This document shows positions 63,883-64,000 of a DNA stretch of 64,000 nucleotides, one piece after another. The stretch is from Spironucleus salmonicida (Eukaryota): assembly GCF_000497125.1 (NCBI RefSeq), contig NC_090598.1, positions 620,001 through 684,000 on the forward strand, in the 5' to 3' direction. Made by a program: the position numbers and the translations under genes. The notes beneath the pieces are model-generated. The model was not told where the DNA came from and searched no databases. It saw nothing but the letters and a program-made list of their open reading frames with translations. Position 1 is the stretch's first letter. Every line of letters starts with the position of its first letter.

Positions 63883-64000
63883 TCACATCACCTTACAAAG
63901 TCCCCGGATATCCTCCTCGTTTTCCCGCAGCAGCCCATCAAGTGCCTCAAAATCCGCTCCATCGAACCGTCTCTCGCCCATATCCGCGATACTGATTTTC
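63883..64000 (-). CDS. 3' end of a gene entering from beyond the right edge
   Basis: GC-rich frame KISIADMGERRFDGADFEALDGLLRENEEDIRGLCKVM-TGA. Confidence 0.55.
   Translation of the reverse strand, partial: KISIADMGERRFDGADFEALDGLLRENEEDIRGLCKVM

Noticed and set aside
1-64000. CRISPR arrays, rRNA genes, prokaryotic operons
   Set aside because: No regularly spaced direct repeats or rRNA-like sequence seen, and the gene content is eukaryotic.

Overview
Eukaryotic, AT-rich, apparently intron-less DNA that uses the alternative genetic code (table 6: TAA/TAG = Gln, TGA the only stop). The supplied standard-code ORF track therefore fragments almost every gene, and all models here were re-read by hand in code 6. 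The code, the CxxC-rich membrane proteins with KKxKK-type tails, the C-rich pre-ATG motif and the AGTGA stop contexts point to a hexamitid diplomonad, most likely Spironucleus (inference). Positions about 3-55 kb hold a cluster of cysteine-rich membrane protein (CRMP, VSP-like) genes and pseudogenes, two MATE transporters and a family of uncharacterised single-pass membrane proteins. These are arranged as nested inverted duplications around a SWR1-type Snf2 ATPase gene: a ~0.6 kb CRMP cassette pair, 5.65 kb near-identical arms, a 1.57 kb pair and the MATE pair. The left edge encodes a DEDDh nuclease with a Maelstrom-like signature. The right edge is gene-dense housekeeping DNA (Rrp1/Nop52, ABCE1/Rli1, hypothetical genes). 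The best candidate for an undescribed system is recombinational shuffling or switching of surface antigens: three CRMPs share one near-identical cassette, and the two CRMP copies at the outer ends of the large inverted repeat carry complementary defects that an inversion would repair. Some single-base indels could be assembly errors, which I cannot exclude from sequence alone.
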